64,000 nucleotides of DNA from Eubacteriales bacterium (GCA_045634385.1 JAZRAE010000084.1:13425-77424), one strand, 5' to 3'; positions 27,931 through 38,461 are shown, numbered from the stretch's first letter. The notes: generated by a model from the letters alone, not told the origin. Translations and numbers: made by a program.

Positions 27931-28062
27931 TTATCAACACATTCAACACAGAAAATGTTGATAACATGTTGGTTTCTTTGTTCAAACGCGGACAAACCTT
28001 GATAATTCGGACTTTTTCGACAAAGAGTTTTCCACATTTTCAACACTGTTGAATGTTGATAA
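27931..28062. promoter_or_regulatory. DnaA-box cluster
   Basis: TTATCAACA at 27931; TGTTGATAA at 27956 and 28054; TTTTCCACA at 28028; TTTTCAACA at 28037; TTTTCGACA at 28014; inside an AT-rich intergenic gap of about 520 bp. Confidence 0.65.
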
Positions 28063-28246
28063 CTTTTTCATAAGTTAAGCTTCTCTTATAAAAAATCGGG
28101 GAATTTGAAAGTTTATCGAGAGAAAATCGATCATTTTCAAAAAGAGAAAAATGTGTTTTTAAATTCTTTTTGCAATTTTGATTGAGTATTTTTTACGAAA
28201 AAGGAAAAAAGTGTAAAAAGACACGTAAAAATCATTGGTGAAGGTA

Positions 28247-30670
28247 ATGGATAGAAGTATAATTAAACAAGAATTTTTAAAAGCCAAAAGAGCACTCTTT
28301 GATAAGGTATACTCGGAGTTTCTTAACCCCGAGCAATGCCGCGCGGTCTTTACCGTAAATGGGCCTGTTCTCGTTCTTGCAGGAGCCGGATCGGGTAAAA
28401 CGACCGTGCTTGTTAACAGAGTGGCGTACATAATCAAATATGGAAATGCGTACTTCTCGGATTATCTTCCCGATGATGTTGATATGGATACCGTGGATGC
28501 ATTACGAATGGCGCAAAATATGAGTGCTGAAGACATATCCGAAATACTTCCTCAGTTCATTACAGCGCCTTGCCCTCCGTGGTCGGTTCTTGCCATAACC
28601 TTTACGAATAAGGCGGCGGGAGAGATCAAGAGTCGATTGCTTGAGGTCTTCGGCGACGGAGATATTGCGGGGAGCGTATGGGCAGGTACATTCCACTCCA
28701 TATGCTTGCGTATGCTTCGTAAGTGGGGTGACAGGCTCGGACTTCGTGAGGGGTTCTCTATCTACGATACGGACGATAAAAAGAGAATGATTGCTCTTTG
28801 TATGAAGGAGCTTGAAATTGATGAAAAAAGACTTGCGGCAAAGGCGATTGCATCCGCTATATCTATAGCAAAGGACAAGCTTGAACACCCTTCGGATATG
28901 GAGTTTACAAGAGATCCGAGGTCTCGCGACATTAAGAGGGTATATGAACTTTATCAGAAGAAAATGATGATTAATAATGCTGTCGATTTTGACGATATTA
29001 TTATGATGTGCGTGGAGCTTTTGCAGGATAACCCCGACATACTTGAATACTATCAAAACAAATTCAGATACGTGCTTGTCGATGAGTATCAGGACACCAA
29101 CTATGCACAGTTCGTGCTTACCAAACTTTTAGCGGACGGAAGACGCAATATAATGGTTGTCGGCGATGACGACCAGAGCATATACCGTTTCCGTGGAGCA
29201 ACTATTGAGAATATATTGAATTTTGATACAACATATCCCGATGCAGCGGTAATTAAGCTTGAGCAAAATTATCGTTCAACCGCGAATATTCTTGCTGCGG
29301 CAAATGCCATAATTGCGCACAATAGCGACAGACATGCGAAGAAGCTGTGGTGCGCCAAGGGGGACGGAGAGAAAATAACCGTAAAGGAAGCTATAGACCA
29401 AAACGACGAGGGTAGATTCATCGTTGATAAGGTAATCAAGGGTATACGTACGGAGGGACGCAAATATTCTGATTTTGCAGTTCTATATCGTGTCAATGCA
29501 CTTGGCAGAGCTTTGCAGACCGCCTTTACCAAGAGCGGTGTACCCTTCAGAGTTATCGGAGATATGGGATTCTATGACCGCAAGGAAGTTAAGGATATGA
29601 TAGCATATCTGTCCGTCGTTTCCTTTTCGGGCGATAATTTGAGACTTAAAAGGATAATTAACGAGCCTAAGCGCAAGATAGGAGCGGCTACAGTAGAGGC
29701 TATTGAGTCACTCGCAAACGCAAACGGCTTGTCTATGTATAATATAATTGAAAGAATTGATGAATATCCCGTTCTTGCAAAGAGTAAGGAGAAGCTGACC
29801 GCGTTTGTCTCGCTTATTGAGGATGTAAAGAGCAACCATACACTTCCTTCGGATATGCTTACCGCACTTTTTGAAAAGTCGGGCTATCATGCTATGCTTA
29901 AGGCGGAGGGCTTTGAAGGAGAAGGTAAGATCGAAAACGTAAACGAGCTTGTTACTGCGGCTCTTGAATATGAGAAGCGAGTAACGGACAACGGCGAAGA
30001 TCCGACTCTTACCGGATTTCTTGAGGAAGTATTCCTTATCAGTGACGTGGATAAGTATGATGAAAATGCCGATGCGGTTGTACTTATGACCGTGCACGCG
30101 GCAAAGGGACTTGAGTTCCCGGTTGTCTTTCTTGCGGGTATGGAGGATGGAATATTCCCCTCCGAGCAAGATAGGGAGAGCGATACCGAGCTGAGCGAAG
30201 AACGCAGACTTGCCTACGTAGCGATAACAAGGGCAAAGGAAATGCTGTATATAAGCTATGCAAAGGAAAGAATGATGTATGGAAGAACTCTGTATGGCAG
30301 ACTTTCCTGCTTTATCAGAGATGAATTGCCGGTTGAACTTACTGTAAGAGATGTTCCAAGACGAGAGCCTCCGAGACTCAGAAATACTTACGCGTCTTAC
30401 CGAGATCGAGCGTTTGAGCCGTCTGTTAAGACTGCAGGCGAGTTATCTCGCCGTCCGGAGATAGGAATTTCTGCCGATAAGAGACGCGGAGCAGAGAAAT
30501 TTGGCGTTGAAAGGCTCTCGGTCGGTGACAGAGTGATACACGCTATGTTTGGAGAGGGAAGCATCCTTTCTTCTCGTGATATGGGCGGTGACGTTTTGTA
30601 TGAGGTGCGTTTTGATAACGGACAGACCAAAAAGCTAATGGCTACATTTGCCAAACTGAAGAAAATATAA
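28247..30670 (+). CDS. pcrA: ATP-dependent DNA helicase PcrA/UvrD
   Basis: LAGAGSGKT, VDEYQD, VGDDDQSIY, LEQNYRST, AKGLEF, EERRLAYVAITRA. Confidence 0.95.
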   Translation: MDRSIIKQEFLKAKRALFDKVYSEFLNPEQCRAVFTVNGPVLVLAGAGSGKTTVLVNRVAYIIKYGNAYFSDYLPDDVDMDTVDALRMAQNMSAEDISEILPQFITAPCPPWSVLAITFTNKAAGEIKSRLLEVFGDGDIAGSVWAGTFHSICLRMLRKWGDRLGLREGFSIYDTDDKKRMIALCMKELEIDEKRLAAKAIASAISIAKDKLEHPSDMEFTRDPRSRDIKRVYELYQKKMMINNAVDFDDIIMMCVELLQDNPDILEYYQNKFRYVLVDEYQDTNYAQFVLTKLLADGRRNIMVVGDDDQSIYRFRGATIENILNFDTTYPDAAVIKLEQNYRSTANILAAANAIIAHNSDRHAKKLWCAKGDGEKITVKEAIDQNDEGRFIVDKVIKGIRTEGRKYSDFAVLYRVNALGRALQTAFTKSGVPFRVIGDMGFYDRKEVKDMIAYLSVVSFSGDNLRLKRIINEPKRKIGAATVEAIESLANANGLSMYNIIERIDEYPVLAKSKEKLTAFVSLIEDVKSNHTLPSDMLTALFEKSGYHAMLKAEGFEGEGKIENVNELVTAALEYEKRVTDNGEDPTLTGFLEEVFLISDVDKYDENADAVVLMTVHAAKGLEFPVVFLAGMEDGIFPSEQDRESDTELSEERRLAYVAITRAKEMLYISYAKERMMYGRTLYGRLSCFIRDELPVELTVRDVPRREPPRLRNTYASYRDRAFEPSVKTAGELSRRPEIGISADKRRGAEKFGVERLSVGDRVIHAMFGEGSILSSRDMGGDVLYEVRFDNGQTKKLMATFAKLKKI

Positions 30671-30780
30671 CTTTGTCTTCAGTTTGCACATCAAACGTGA
30701 AAATGGTAATTTTCAAAGATTATCATTTGCAAATGTAATAAAAAATATAACATAAACTGCAAAATGGAAAGAATATTAAG

Positions 30781-31449
30781 ATGATAAAATACGTTTTGTT
30801 CGACCTTGACGGAACTCTGTTAGCTACTCTTGATACGATTACGTATCATTTAAACAGCGCACTTTCGGCACACGGACTACAAACTATAACGGCGCATGAT
30901 ACACGCAACTTTATAGGCAACGGTGCGAGAAAACTTGTCTCGCGCGCAGTTAATATGAGCGGAGTCGACAATGAGAACGTTATATCCGATGTACTTACAA
31001 TGTATAATGGCGCCTATCACTCGGATCCGATCCCGTCTACACAGCCTTATGAGGGGATTATAAACCTCGTAGATATCTTACATAAGAAGGGAATAAAGCT
31101 TGCTGTACTTACAAACAAGCCGGATGATACCGCTAAAAAACTTGTAGAACACTTTTTTGAGGGGAAATTTGACATTGTCAGCGGTGGCAGATCGGGCATC
31201 GTGTTAAAGCCTGATCCTAAAGAAGCACTTTGTGTCCTTGCGGGGCTTGGCGGTGCTCTTAAGGAATGTGCATTCATCGGTGATACCTCTGTTGATATCC
31301 TTACAGGAAAGAATATGGGTGCGGCACTTTCTATTGGTGTATCCTGGGGATTTAGATCACGTGAAGAACTATATGACTCCGGGGCGGATTATGTCACTGA
31401 TACCGCAGATGAGTTACTTAAAATTTTAGGTGGTGGACATGAGAATTAA
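30781..31449 (+). CDS. HAD phosphatase (phosphoglycolate phosphatase-like)
   Basis: FDLDGTL, TNK, KPDP, IGDTSVD. Confidence 0.88.
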   Translation: MIKYVLFDLDGTLLATLDTITYHLNSALSAHGLQTITAHDTRNFIGNGARKLVSRAVNMSGVDNENVISDVLTMYNGAYHSDPIPSTQPYEGIINLVDILHKKGIKLAVLTNKPDDTAKKLVEHFFEGKFDIVSGGRSGIVLKPDPKEALCVLAGLGGALKECAFIGDTSVDILTGKNMGAALSIGVSWGFRSREELYDSGADYVTDTADELLKILGGGHEN

Positions 31450-31939
31450 AGTCTTTATTTCGCTTTTGATCCTAATTTGTATTTTAACTTCTTTGGTGTC
31501 GTGCGGTGATGAAAAAAAGATTGAACATTGTGAACTTGGTATCGTGCTTACTAAGGATTTTTGTGAGTATGATTCGGGTGGTGCGTATAGCGTTGCATAC
31601 TCTGACGGAAAGACTATAGTCGGCATTGCGAGATATTCATTTGTTGATTGTGAGGAGTACGGACTCCTTAGCACATATACACCTTTAAAGCTTGCTAACG
31701 TATATCTTGATATGATGGACCGTACGGTTGACGAAACTGTAAAAACACAAGGGGATGTGCCCTATTTTACTTATACCAAAGTCGCGGAAGATGGCTCGCA
31801 GTACTTCTATATGCCTACGTTTTACCGCACTCCTTACGCATATTTTGTGATCACCTTTATTACACCAAAATCACGAGAAGTACAGGGGCGTGTTGAATTT
31901 TTAGAATATGTAAAAACTGTATACTTGATTGATATTTAA
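31439..31939 (+). CDS. Hypothetical lipoprotein
   Basis: Signal peptide with LVSC lipobox. Confidence 0.7.
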   Translation: MRIKVFISLLILICILTSLVSCGDEKKIEHCELGIVLTKDFCEYDSGGAYSVAYSDGKTIVGIARYSFVDCEEYGLLSTYTPLKLANVYLDMMDRTVDETVKTQGDVPYFTYTKVAEDGSQYFYMPTFYRTPYAYFVITFITPKSREVQGRVEFLEYVKTVYLIDI

Positions 31940-32038
31940 AGTACTCGTTTTTATGCCTCATCTTTATAAATCAACAAAAACCATTTAAATGACAACTACT
32001 GTTTGCGAATAATGCTAAAAATGAAAGAGGAACAATGT

Positions 32039-33346
32039 ATGAAAAATAAATTGATATCTTTTCTACTCGCTTTTGTGTTTTTGTTTAACGTGCTGTCGTT
32101 TTCTGCGTGCAATATAAAAAATGACGATGATAATGGTAATTCTTTGGAAGATACAAATGACACACAGGTAAAGGATGAGTATTTCTCTTGCGACTGTGTA
32201 CCCTCGTCCGATATCTCACGAGAAAAACTTGAGGCTGCTCTTTTAGATGCTCTTTTGAAGATAGATCGTGGGATAGAAGATTTTGACGGACTTTTTCCGG
32301 GAGAATACAGCACTGATAACGTTTACAAAAAAACTGAAAACGTTTCCGGATGGGGCAATGGATTTTGGACGGGTATTCTTTGGCATGCTTACGAGCTTAC
32401 CGGTGACTATAAGTACTGGAATGTTGCTACCTCGCACATCGAGTCCTTCTATAATAGAATAGATAAAAAGATCGGCGTTAACCATCACGATATGGGCTTC
32501 TTATTTACTCCGTCCTGCGTTGCCGCATTTAAGCTTTCCGGTAACGTACAGGCAAGGGATGCTGCGCTTCTCGCCGCAGATCACTTGATCTCAAGATACC
32601 ACGAGACAGGCGAATTTATTCAGGCTTGGGGTACTGTTGGAGCTGATGATAATTACCGTCTTATCGTTGACTGCCTTCTCAATATTCCTCTTCTTTACTG
32701 GGCAACCGAGGTTACGGGGGATAGCACCTACCGTGACATTGCCTATAAGCATTTTAAGACCACAATCAGTGTCTGTTACCGTGAGGATGGTAGTACCTAT
32801 CACACCTACTATTTCGATAAGGTAACAGGTCTTCCTTTAAAGGGAGTTACAGCACAAGGAGCGAGTGATGATTCCACCTGGGCGAGAGGTCAGGCGTGGG
32901 GAATGTACGGCCCTCTTTTAACCTACATATACGAAAAGGATGAGGCTGCTCTCGAGGTCTTCTATAAGACGACCGATTATTACCTCTCCTATCTCCCCTC
33001 TGACTATATTGCATATTGGGATCTTTCTTTCTCCGACGGAGCATACGAGCCTAAGGACTCATCAAGTGCTGCAATTGCCCTTTGTGCTATGCTCGAGGGT
33101 ATCAAATATATGGAAGAATCTGATCCGCGCCGCGAGACCTACGTCAAGGCGTGCAACAAGATTATGAACTCGCTTATCGATCACTACACAACCAAGGATA
33201 CTCCCGAAGCTAACGGACTGCTCCTCCACGCAACCTATAGCAAGCCCGGTAACGTCGGTGTAGATGAGATGAACATTTGGGGCGATTATTTCTATATGGA
33301 AGCACTTCACAGAATGCTCGATCCCGACTGGGATCTCTATTGGTAA
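32039..33346 (+). CDS. GH88 unsaturated glucuronyl hydrolase with a lipoprotein signal
   Basis: W..GFW.G, HHDMGF, IVDCLLN, TWARGQAW, KDSSSAA, WGDYFYMEAL; lipobox FSAC. Confidence 0.88.
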   Translation: MKNKLISFLLAFVFLFNVLSFSACNIKNDDDNGNSLEDTNDTQVKDEYFSCDCVPSSDISREKLEAALLDALLKIDRGIEDFDGLFPGEYSTDNVYKKTENVSGWGNGFWTGILWHAYELTGDYKYWNVATSHIESFYNRIDKKIGVNHHDMGFLFTPSCVAAFKLSGNVQARDAALLAADHLISRYHETGEFIQAWGTVGADDNYRLIVDCLLNIPLLYWATEVTGDSTYRDIAYKHFKTTISVCYREDGSTYHTYYFDKVTGLPLKGVTAQGASDDSTWARGQAWGMYGPLLTYIYEKDEAALEVFYKTTDYYLSYLPSDYIAYWDLSFSDGAYEPKDSSSAAIALCAMLEGIKYMEESDPRRETYVKACNKIMNSLIDHYTTKDTPEANGLLLHATYSKPGNVGVDEMNIWGDYFYMEALHRMLDPDWDLYW

Positions 33347-33515
33347 ATTTTGTGTTCTAACTGCCGTTTTCTCACAAGCTCGCCGTAGATAGCTACGCCT
33401 TCGGTGAGAAGAACGACACTTATAACTTCAAAATTACATTTTATGTTCTAACTGCCGTTTTTTTCACTGTCCCGATATAGCAAACTATAACTTTGGTGAG
33501 AAAAAGACAGCGTTT
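33346..33515. repeat. Two tandem degenerate palindromic (REP-like) repeats of about 90 bp
   Basis: TGTTCTAACTGCCGTTTT...GGTGAGAA occurs twice, each copy with nested hairpins. Confidence 0.65.
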
Positions 33516-33540
33516 AAAAGAATTTAAAAAAGATAAAAAA

Positions 33541-33582
33541 CAGTGGATAAAGCGACACGGTATGCCGCCTTATCCACTATTT
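33541..33582. terminator. Bidirectional terminator
   Basis: AGTGGATAA...TTATCCACT stem flanked by A and T runs, between convergent genes. Confidence 0.6.
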
Positions 33583-33596
33583 TGTTATTTTACAAT

Positions 33597-34355
33597 TTAA
33601 ACGTACACATCAACCATTGCATTCAGTTTGCCCTTTCGGCTTGTTGAGTCAAAGCTACGGTAGATGAATCTTCCGTGCCCTCTTACGCTCACCTTGTCGC
33701 CGTCCTTGGGAGTATAGGATGCGCTGTTTATCTCACGCCCGTTCACAAATATAAGACTTCGTTTGACAAGAGCCTGTGAGTCGTCGCGGGAGAGAGAAAA
33801 GACTTTTGCGACTACGGCATCGATTCTCTCGCTCTGTATCTGTATGCGTTTGATTTCTGTTTTATACAGTTCTCCCTCGGGGAGAACATCGATGATAGCC
33901 GCCATAACGTCTGTTCTTTTTACACGGGATAGCTCACCCGTGATAAATTCCGCAATTTTTTCCTCGGCGAAAACATATCCCACATTTTCTCTTATCACAA
34001 TGTCTCCAAGCGTGCTTCTTTCTATTCCGAGATTTAAGAGCGCACCGAGAAAATCACGGTGTGTCAGCTTGTCTGCAAACTTCATTGAAAGTGGCTCGAC
34101 CTTGATGCACAAGATAGGGAATGGAGAGTCGTAACCGATCTCATCCGAGTTGCCGAATCGCGCCATAACGCGTTCTGCCCCTTCTGCTCCGCCGTACAGC
34201 GTTACGTTTTCACGACGGATCTTGGATAGCATCTCCGAGAGCACCGACTGCTCGGCAAGACCGAGAAACTCCGTGAAAGTGAAGTATCCGCCCCTGTCCG
34301 CTTTATCGTAAAGCTCTTTGAAGCGCTTCTTTAAAAGGTCTAAATCGTCATTCAT
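33597..34355 (-). CDS. ylmH: YlmH-family S4 RNA-binding protein
   Basis: LTHRDFLGALLNLGIER..LGDI; C-terminal S4 domain (RIDAVVA...SVRGHGR). Confidence 0.85.
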   Translation of the reverse strand: MNDDLDLLKKRFKELYDKADRGGYFTFTEFLGLAEQSVLSEMLSKIRRENVTLYGGAEGAERVMARFGNSDEIGYDSPFPILCIKVEPLSMKFADKLTHRDFLGALLNLGIERSTLGDIVIRENVGYVFAEEKIAEFITGELSRVKRTDVMAAIIDVLPEGELYKTEIKRIQIQSERIDAVVAKVFSLSRDDSQALVKRSLIFVNGREINSASYTPKDGDKVSVRGHGRFIYRSFDSTSRKGKLNAMVDVYV

Positions 34356-35098
34356 CAGATAAGTTCAACGGGGTAGAGAATTTTGAGCTGATTGATCTTT
34401 CTCTCGTATGCCTCGCGTCTTTTCTCATTTAACACCATTTCGGAAAGCTGGGGTGCAATCTGCTCATAAGGCATAACGCTCGCCTCGGACTTGGAGTTGA
34501 GCTTAATGAGGTGATAACCGAACTGAGTCTTAACGGGTGTCTTTGTAACTTCATCCACCTCAAGCTCAAATACAGCAGTATCGAATTCGGGCACCATTTG
34601 ACCTCTGCCAAAGTCGCCGAGATTTCCGCCTCTCTGACCCGAAGGGCAGGTGGAGTATTCCTTTGCGGCATCTACAAAGCTCATCTCTCCGCTTTCAATT
34701 TTTGCAAGTATCTCAAGTGCTTTTTCTTCACTCTCAACGAGGATGTGATCTGCGTTGACAGTCTCGCCCTGCTTGAACTTGTCGAGGTTGTCCTCATAGT
34801 ACTTCTTGACGTCCTCGTCGTTTACCTTTACTGCAGAAATAACCTTGTTACCTGCATAGTTGATGAGCAAGTTTTCGCGCAGCTTTGCAAGCTCTGCTTT
34901 GAACTCGGGCTCTGTCTCGAGGAGGTTGTGTCTTGCATCGATCAGGAGCAGTTTTGAGCTGATGATCTGCTCAAGTATTGCACGTCTTCCATCGGGGGTA
35001 TTGTATCCCTGACCCCTCTGGCCAAGCTCTGCGAGGAACTCGTCAACCTCATTTTCTGTTACGGTGAGAGCGCCCACCTTTGCTAAAATCTTATCCAT
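34355..35098 (-). CDS. Parvulin-type peptidyl-prolyl isomerase
   Basis: HILV, AKEYSTCPS..GG.LG, MVPEFD, KTQFGYHLIK. Confidence 0.9.
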   Translation of the reverse strand: MDKILAKVGALTVTENEVDEFLAELGQRGQGYNTPDGRRAILEQIISSKLLLIDARHNLLETEPEFKAELAKLRENLLINYAGNKVISAVKVNDEDVKKYYEDNLDKFKQGETVNADHILVESEEKALEILAKIESGEMSFVDAAKEYSTCPSGQRGGNLGDFGRGQMVPEFDTAVFELEVDEVTKTPVKTQFGYHLIKLNSKSEASVMPYEQIAPQLSEMVLNEKRREAYERKINQLKILYPVELI

Positions 35099-35119
35099 TT
35101 CTATCTCCTTAAAATTTAA

Positions 35120-36493
35120 TTATCTATTTCGAAGTCCCTTTGGGTAGTGATTTTTTATTTTTTCCGATGATGCTTTTCCACCGCCGAGGGCTGCCCCCTC
35201 AAAGAGCACTGCGCACCATCCCTTGATATCCGAGCTTGCTTTGATTTCTTCTCCTAAAAGATACTTATCCACTCTTTCGTCACCGCGCAAAAGGTTTTCT
35301 TTGTTTTTGAACAGCTCTGAATATGCAGAGAAAAACTGATGGTGAGGGAAGAAGGTTGAGCCCTTGATCTCGCCTATCAGAACCCCCGACATAAATACCG
35401 ATCCACGCGGTATCGGGCAGGAGTGATTGACGAGCACAATATTATCGCCGACCTTTACAACTCTGCCGCTCGGAACGGAGGATAACGATTCTTTGAAGAA
35501 AGTGTTTATCATAGCACTCTCTTGCTTTGATAATGGCTTTGCCTCGTCTTTGTAAAGTATTCTTTGCTTTATATCGCAGTTTTCATCTCTTTGCATCAAT
35601 GCGAGAAATTGCCCTTCGCCATCGCTTACGTGTGGATAAAAGCGTCTTGCATATTCAATATTCTTGATACCCTTACCAAATTCAATTATACCGGGAAGAG
35701 TTTTTTCTTCAAGGCTCTTTTTGACTCTGACAAGATGAAAATCCGGATTGCTTATAATGAAGCTTGCGACGTTCTCCTCGTTTTCTTCGGGAGAATAGGT
35801 GCATGTGGAGTAAAGAAGAAATCCACCCGGTTTGACAAGCCCCTTGGCGTTTTCGAGTATTTCTCTTTGACGCTCGGCGCACATAGCCACGTTTTCATCG
35901 CTCCAATCGTTCACCGCTTCTTCGCTCTTACGGAACATACCCTCTCCCGAGCAGGGAGCGTCAACTATAACGAGATCAAACACACCCTCGTACATTTCCT
36001 TCAGTCTTGCCGTATCAAGCGATGTAACTATCGCATTTCTTACACCGAGTCTTTCAAGGTTGCCGACGATGATCTTAGCTCTTTTAGGTACGTATTCATT
36101 TGACAGCAAGAATCCACCATCACCAAGTCTTTCAGCTACCTGCGAGGACTTACCTCCCGGGGCAGCACATAGATCCGCTACCCACCAATTTGGCTCAATA
36201 TCGAGAGCCGCCGCACTTGCCATAGCACCGGGATCTTGCATATAAACCATTCCCGCGTGGTGATAAGGAGATGCCCCCATCGCTCTTTCTTCGCGCAGAA
36301 TAAATCCGTTATCAAGGTAGTCGATTGGTTCAAGCTTAAATTCTCCGTCCGAGATCAGCTTTGCGGGCGTGGTTTTAATAAGGTTTGCTCGCATACCTCG
36401 GACCGCCTCGCGATTTTCAAGTGCATCAATAAAAACGGGGTACTCATCCCCGAGAATATTCTTCATTTTTTCTTTGAATCTTTCGGGAATCAT
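35120..36493 (-). CDS. RsmF/RsmB (NOL1/NOP2) rRNA m5C methyltransferase
   Basis: DLCAAPGGKS, VDAPCSGEGM, YSTCT, IKNHYPKGLR. Confidence 0.9.
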   Translation of the reverse strand: MIPERFKEKMKNILGDEYPVFIDALENREAVRGMRANLIKTTPAKLISDGEFKLEPIDYLDNGFILREERAMGASPYHHAGMVYMQDPGAMASAAALDIEPNWWVADLCAAPGGKSSQVAERLGDGGFLLSNEYVPKRAKIIVGNLERLGVRNAIVTSLDTARLKEMYEGVFDLVIVDAPCSGEGMFRKSEEAVNDWSDENVAMCAERQREILENAKGLVKPGGFLLYSTCTYSPEENEENVASFIISNPDFHLVRVKKSLEEKTLPGIIEFGKGIKNIEYARRFYPHVSDGEGQFLALMQRDENCDIKQRILYKDEAKPLSKQESAMINTFFKESLSSVPSGRVVKVGDNIVLVNHSCPIPRGSVFMSGVLIGEIKGSTFFPHHQFFSAYSELFKNKENLLRGDERVDKYLLGEEIKASSDIKGWCAVLFEGAALGGGKASSEKIKNHYPKGLRNR

Positions 36494-36709
36494 TACCTCA
36501 CCCCTTTCTGAAAATGCCACATAAAGTATACAGCATTTGATCGGTAAAGTCAATCTTTTTGTAGATTAATGTACAAGATTAAAAATATTTTTACGCGAAA
36601 AATTTACACATTCGTAATTTTTGCAGGGCGTTTTGGTATGTATTTTATTGACTTTTAGATATTTTAATGATAAAATTTAAGTACGAAAGCATGAAAGGAG
36701 CTTCAATCC

Positions 36710-38443
36710 ATGGCATTTAAGAACAGAAAGAAGAACTATCCTCTTTACCAGACTACTGAATTTGAAAACTTTAGAGTAATGACAGAGAACGTCGCAAAGA
36801 GATTCCCTGATAAGTACGCACTGACCTACAAAATTAAGCCAACCTCTAAGGAGGTGCTCCATTACACATATTCCGAAGGCAGAGATTATATCCGCTCCAT
36901 CGCGACGGAATTTATCTCAATGGGTATGCGCGACAATAACGTAGCAATTATAGGCGAAGCATCACCGGAGTGGGTGTTCAGCTATTTTGCACTTATGTCT
37001 ATAGGCTCTGTTACCGTTCCGATCGATAAGGATCTTCCTGTAGATGATATGGCGTCTATTCTTAACACCTCCGCTTGTCCGTTTGTTGTTTACTCAACTT
37101 CCATAGCCGAAAAAATAAAGGCGGTAAAAGAGATCGTACCGAGCCTGCACACCTTTGTTGAGATGGGTGCGGGATGTGAAGAATTTGCCACAAATCTTAA
37201 CACGGTACGTGAGCTTGGAGCTAAAAAGTTTGCTGATGGTGACAATTCATACTATGACTATGAGATTGATCCCAAGCGTCTTGCATCAATAGTTTTCACA
37301 TCGGGAACAACCGGCAAAGGAAAGGGAGTTATGCTCACTACCGAGAACATCTGTATGGATATGCAACAGGGTATGTATAACTTCAATATCACCGAGCGCA
37401 CTATGTGTGTTCTCCCCCCTCACCATACTTTTGGCTCGACTGTTAACTTCGTCGGTCATTATGCGCAGGGCTGTGAGATCTACATCTCCTCCGGCCTCAA
37501 GTATATAATGAACGAGCTTAAGATCTTTAAGCCGACGCACCTTGTACTTGTTCCTCTCTTCGTTGAAACATTCTATAAGAGAATTATGTCAGCTGCGGAA
37601 AAATCCGGTAAGCTTGACACACTCAAGAAGGGTATAAAGATCTCTAACTTCCTTCTTAAATTCGGTATAGATATCAGAAAGAAGCTCTTTGGCGAGAGCG
37701 TTCTCTCCAACTTCGGCGGTGAGCTTGAAATGATCATATGCGGCGGAGCTGCGCTTAACCAGGATATCATTGATTTCTTCGAGTCCATTGGCATCACTAT
37801 CCTTAACGGCTACGGTATAACCGAGTGCGCACCTCTTATCTCCTGTAACAGAAATGAGTACAGAAAGCAGGGCTCTGTTGGTCTTCCCATTATCGGCGGA
37901 CACGTAAAGATCCTTAACCCCGATGAGAACGGAGAGGGCGAAATTTCTTACAAGGGTCCTAACGTTATGATGGGTTATTATAAGGATGAGGATGCCACCC
38001 GTGCTGTATTTACCGAGGATGGATACTTTAGAACAGGTGACTACGGTAAAGTTGAGATGGAGGGTGATGATCAGTGGATCTACATCACAGGCAGACTTAA
38101 GAATCTTATCATCTTCTCTAACGGAAAGAACGTCTACCCTGAGGAAATCGAGACCGATATTCAGGGTGTTTATGGCGTAAACGAAGTTGTTGTTTACGCG
38201 GGTGAGAGTAAGTCCGATCCAAAGAAGGAAGTCATCGTTGCTGAGATTTATCCCGATTTTGAAGCTCTTGAGCGTCACAATATTACGGATGCACAGAAGT
38301 ACTTTGACGATGCCATTATCAAAATAAACGAGAAGAACGTTGTTTATAAAAAAGTCGGAAAAGTAAAGATCAGACATGAGGAATTCCCCAAGAATACCTC
38401 TCGTAAGATCACAAGATTCAAGATTGATAAATCTATTGATTGA
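36710..38443 (+). CDS. Long-chain fatty acid--CoA ligase (AMP-binding)
   Basis: FTSGTTGKGKG, GYGITE, RTGD, GRLKNLII.SNGKNVYPEEIE. Confidence 0.88.
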   Translation: MAFKNRKKNYPLYQTTEFENFRVMTENVAKRFPDKYALTYKIKPTSKEVLHYTYSEGRDYIRSIATEFISMGMRDNNVAIIGEASPEWVFSYFALMSIGSVTVPIDKDLPVDDMASILNTSACPFVVYSTSIAEKIKAVKEIVPSLHTFVEMGAGCEEFATNLNTVRELGAKKFADGDNSYYDYEIDPKRLASIVFTSGTTGKGKGVMLTTENICMDMQQGMYNFNITERTMCVLPPHHTFGSTVNFVGHYAQGCEIYISSGLKYIMNELKIFKPTHLVLVPLFVETFYKRIMSAAEKSGKLDTLKKGIKISNFLLKFGIDIRKKLFGESVLSNFGGELEMIICGGAALNQDIIDFFESIGITILNGYGITECAPLISCNRNEYRKQGSVGLPIIGGHVKILNPDENGEGEISYKGPNVMMGYYKDEDATRAVFTEDGYFRTGDYGKVEMEGDDQWIYITGRLKNLIIFSNGKNVYPEEIETDIQGVYGVNEVVVYAGESKSDPKKEVIVAEIYPDFEALERHNITDAQKYFDDAIIKINEKNVVYKKVGKVKIRHEEFPKNTSRKITRFKIDKSID

Positions 38444-38461
38444 TAACTGTAGAATATGCAG

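Noticed and set aside
27918-27939. DnaA-trio unwinding element beside the first DnaA box
   Set aside because: Only two TAG repeats, and their orientation relative to the box is opposite to the B. subtilis arrangement as I recall it.
27686-28046. Two minus-strand ORFs (99 and 109 aa)
   Set aside because: Low-complexity translations of an AT-rich regulatory region containing DnaA boxes; no RBS.
33346-33515. CRISPR array
   Set aside because: Only two degenerate units whose internal segments are related and structured; no cas genes.
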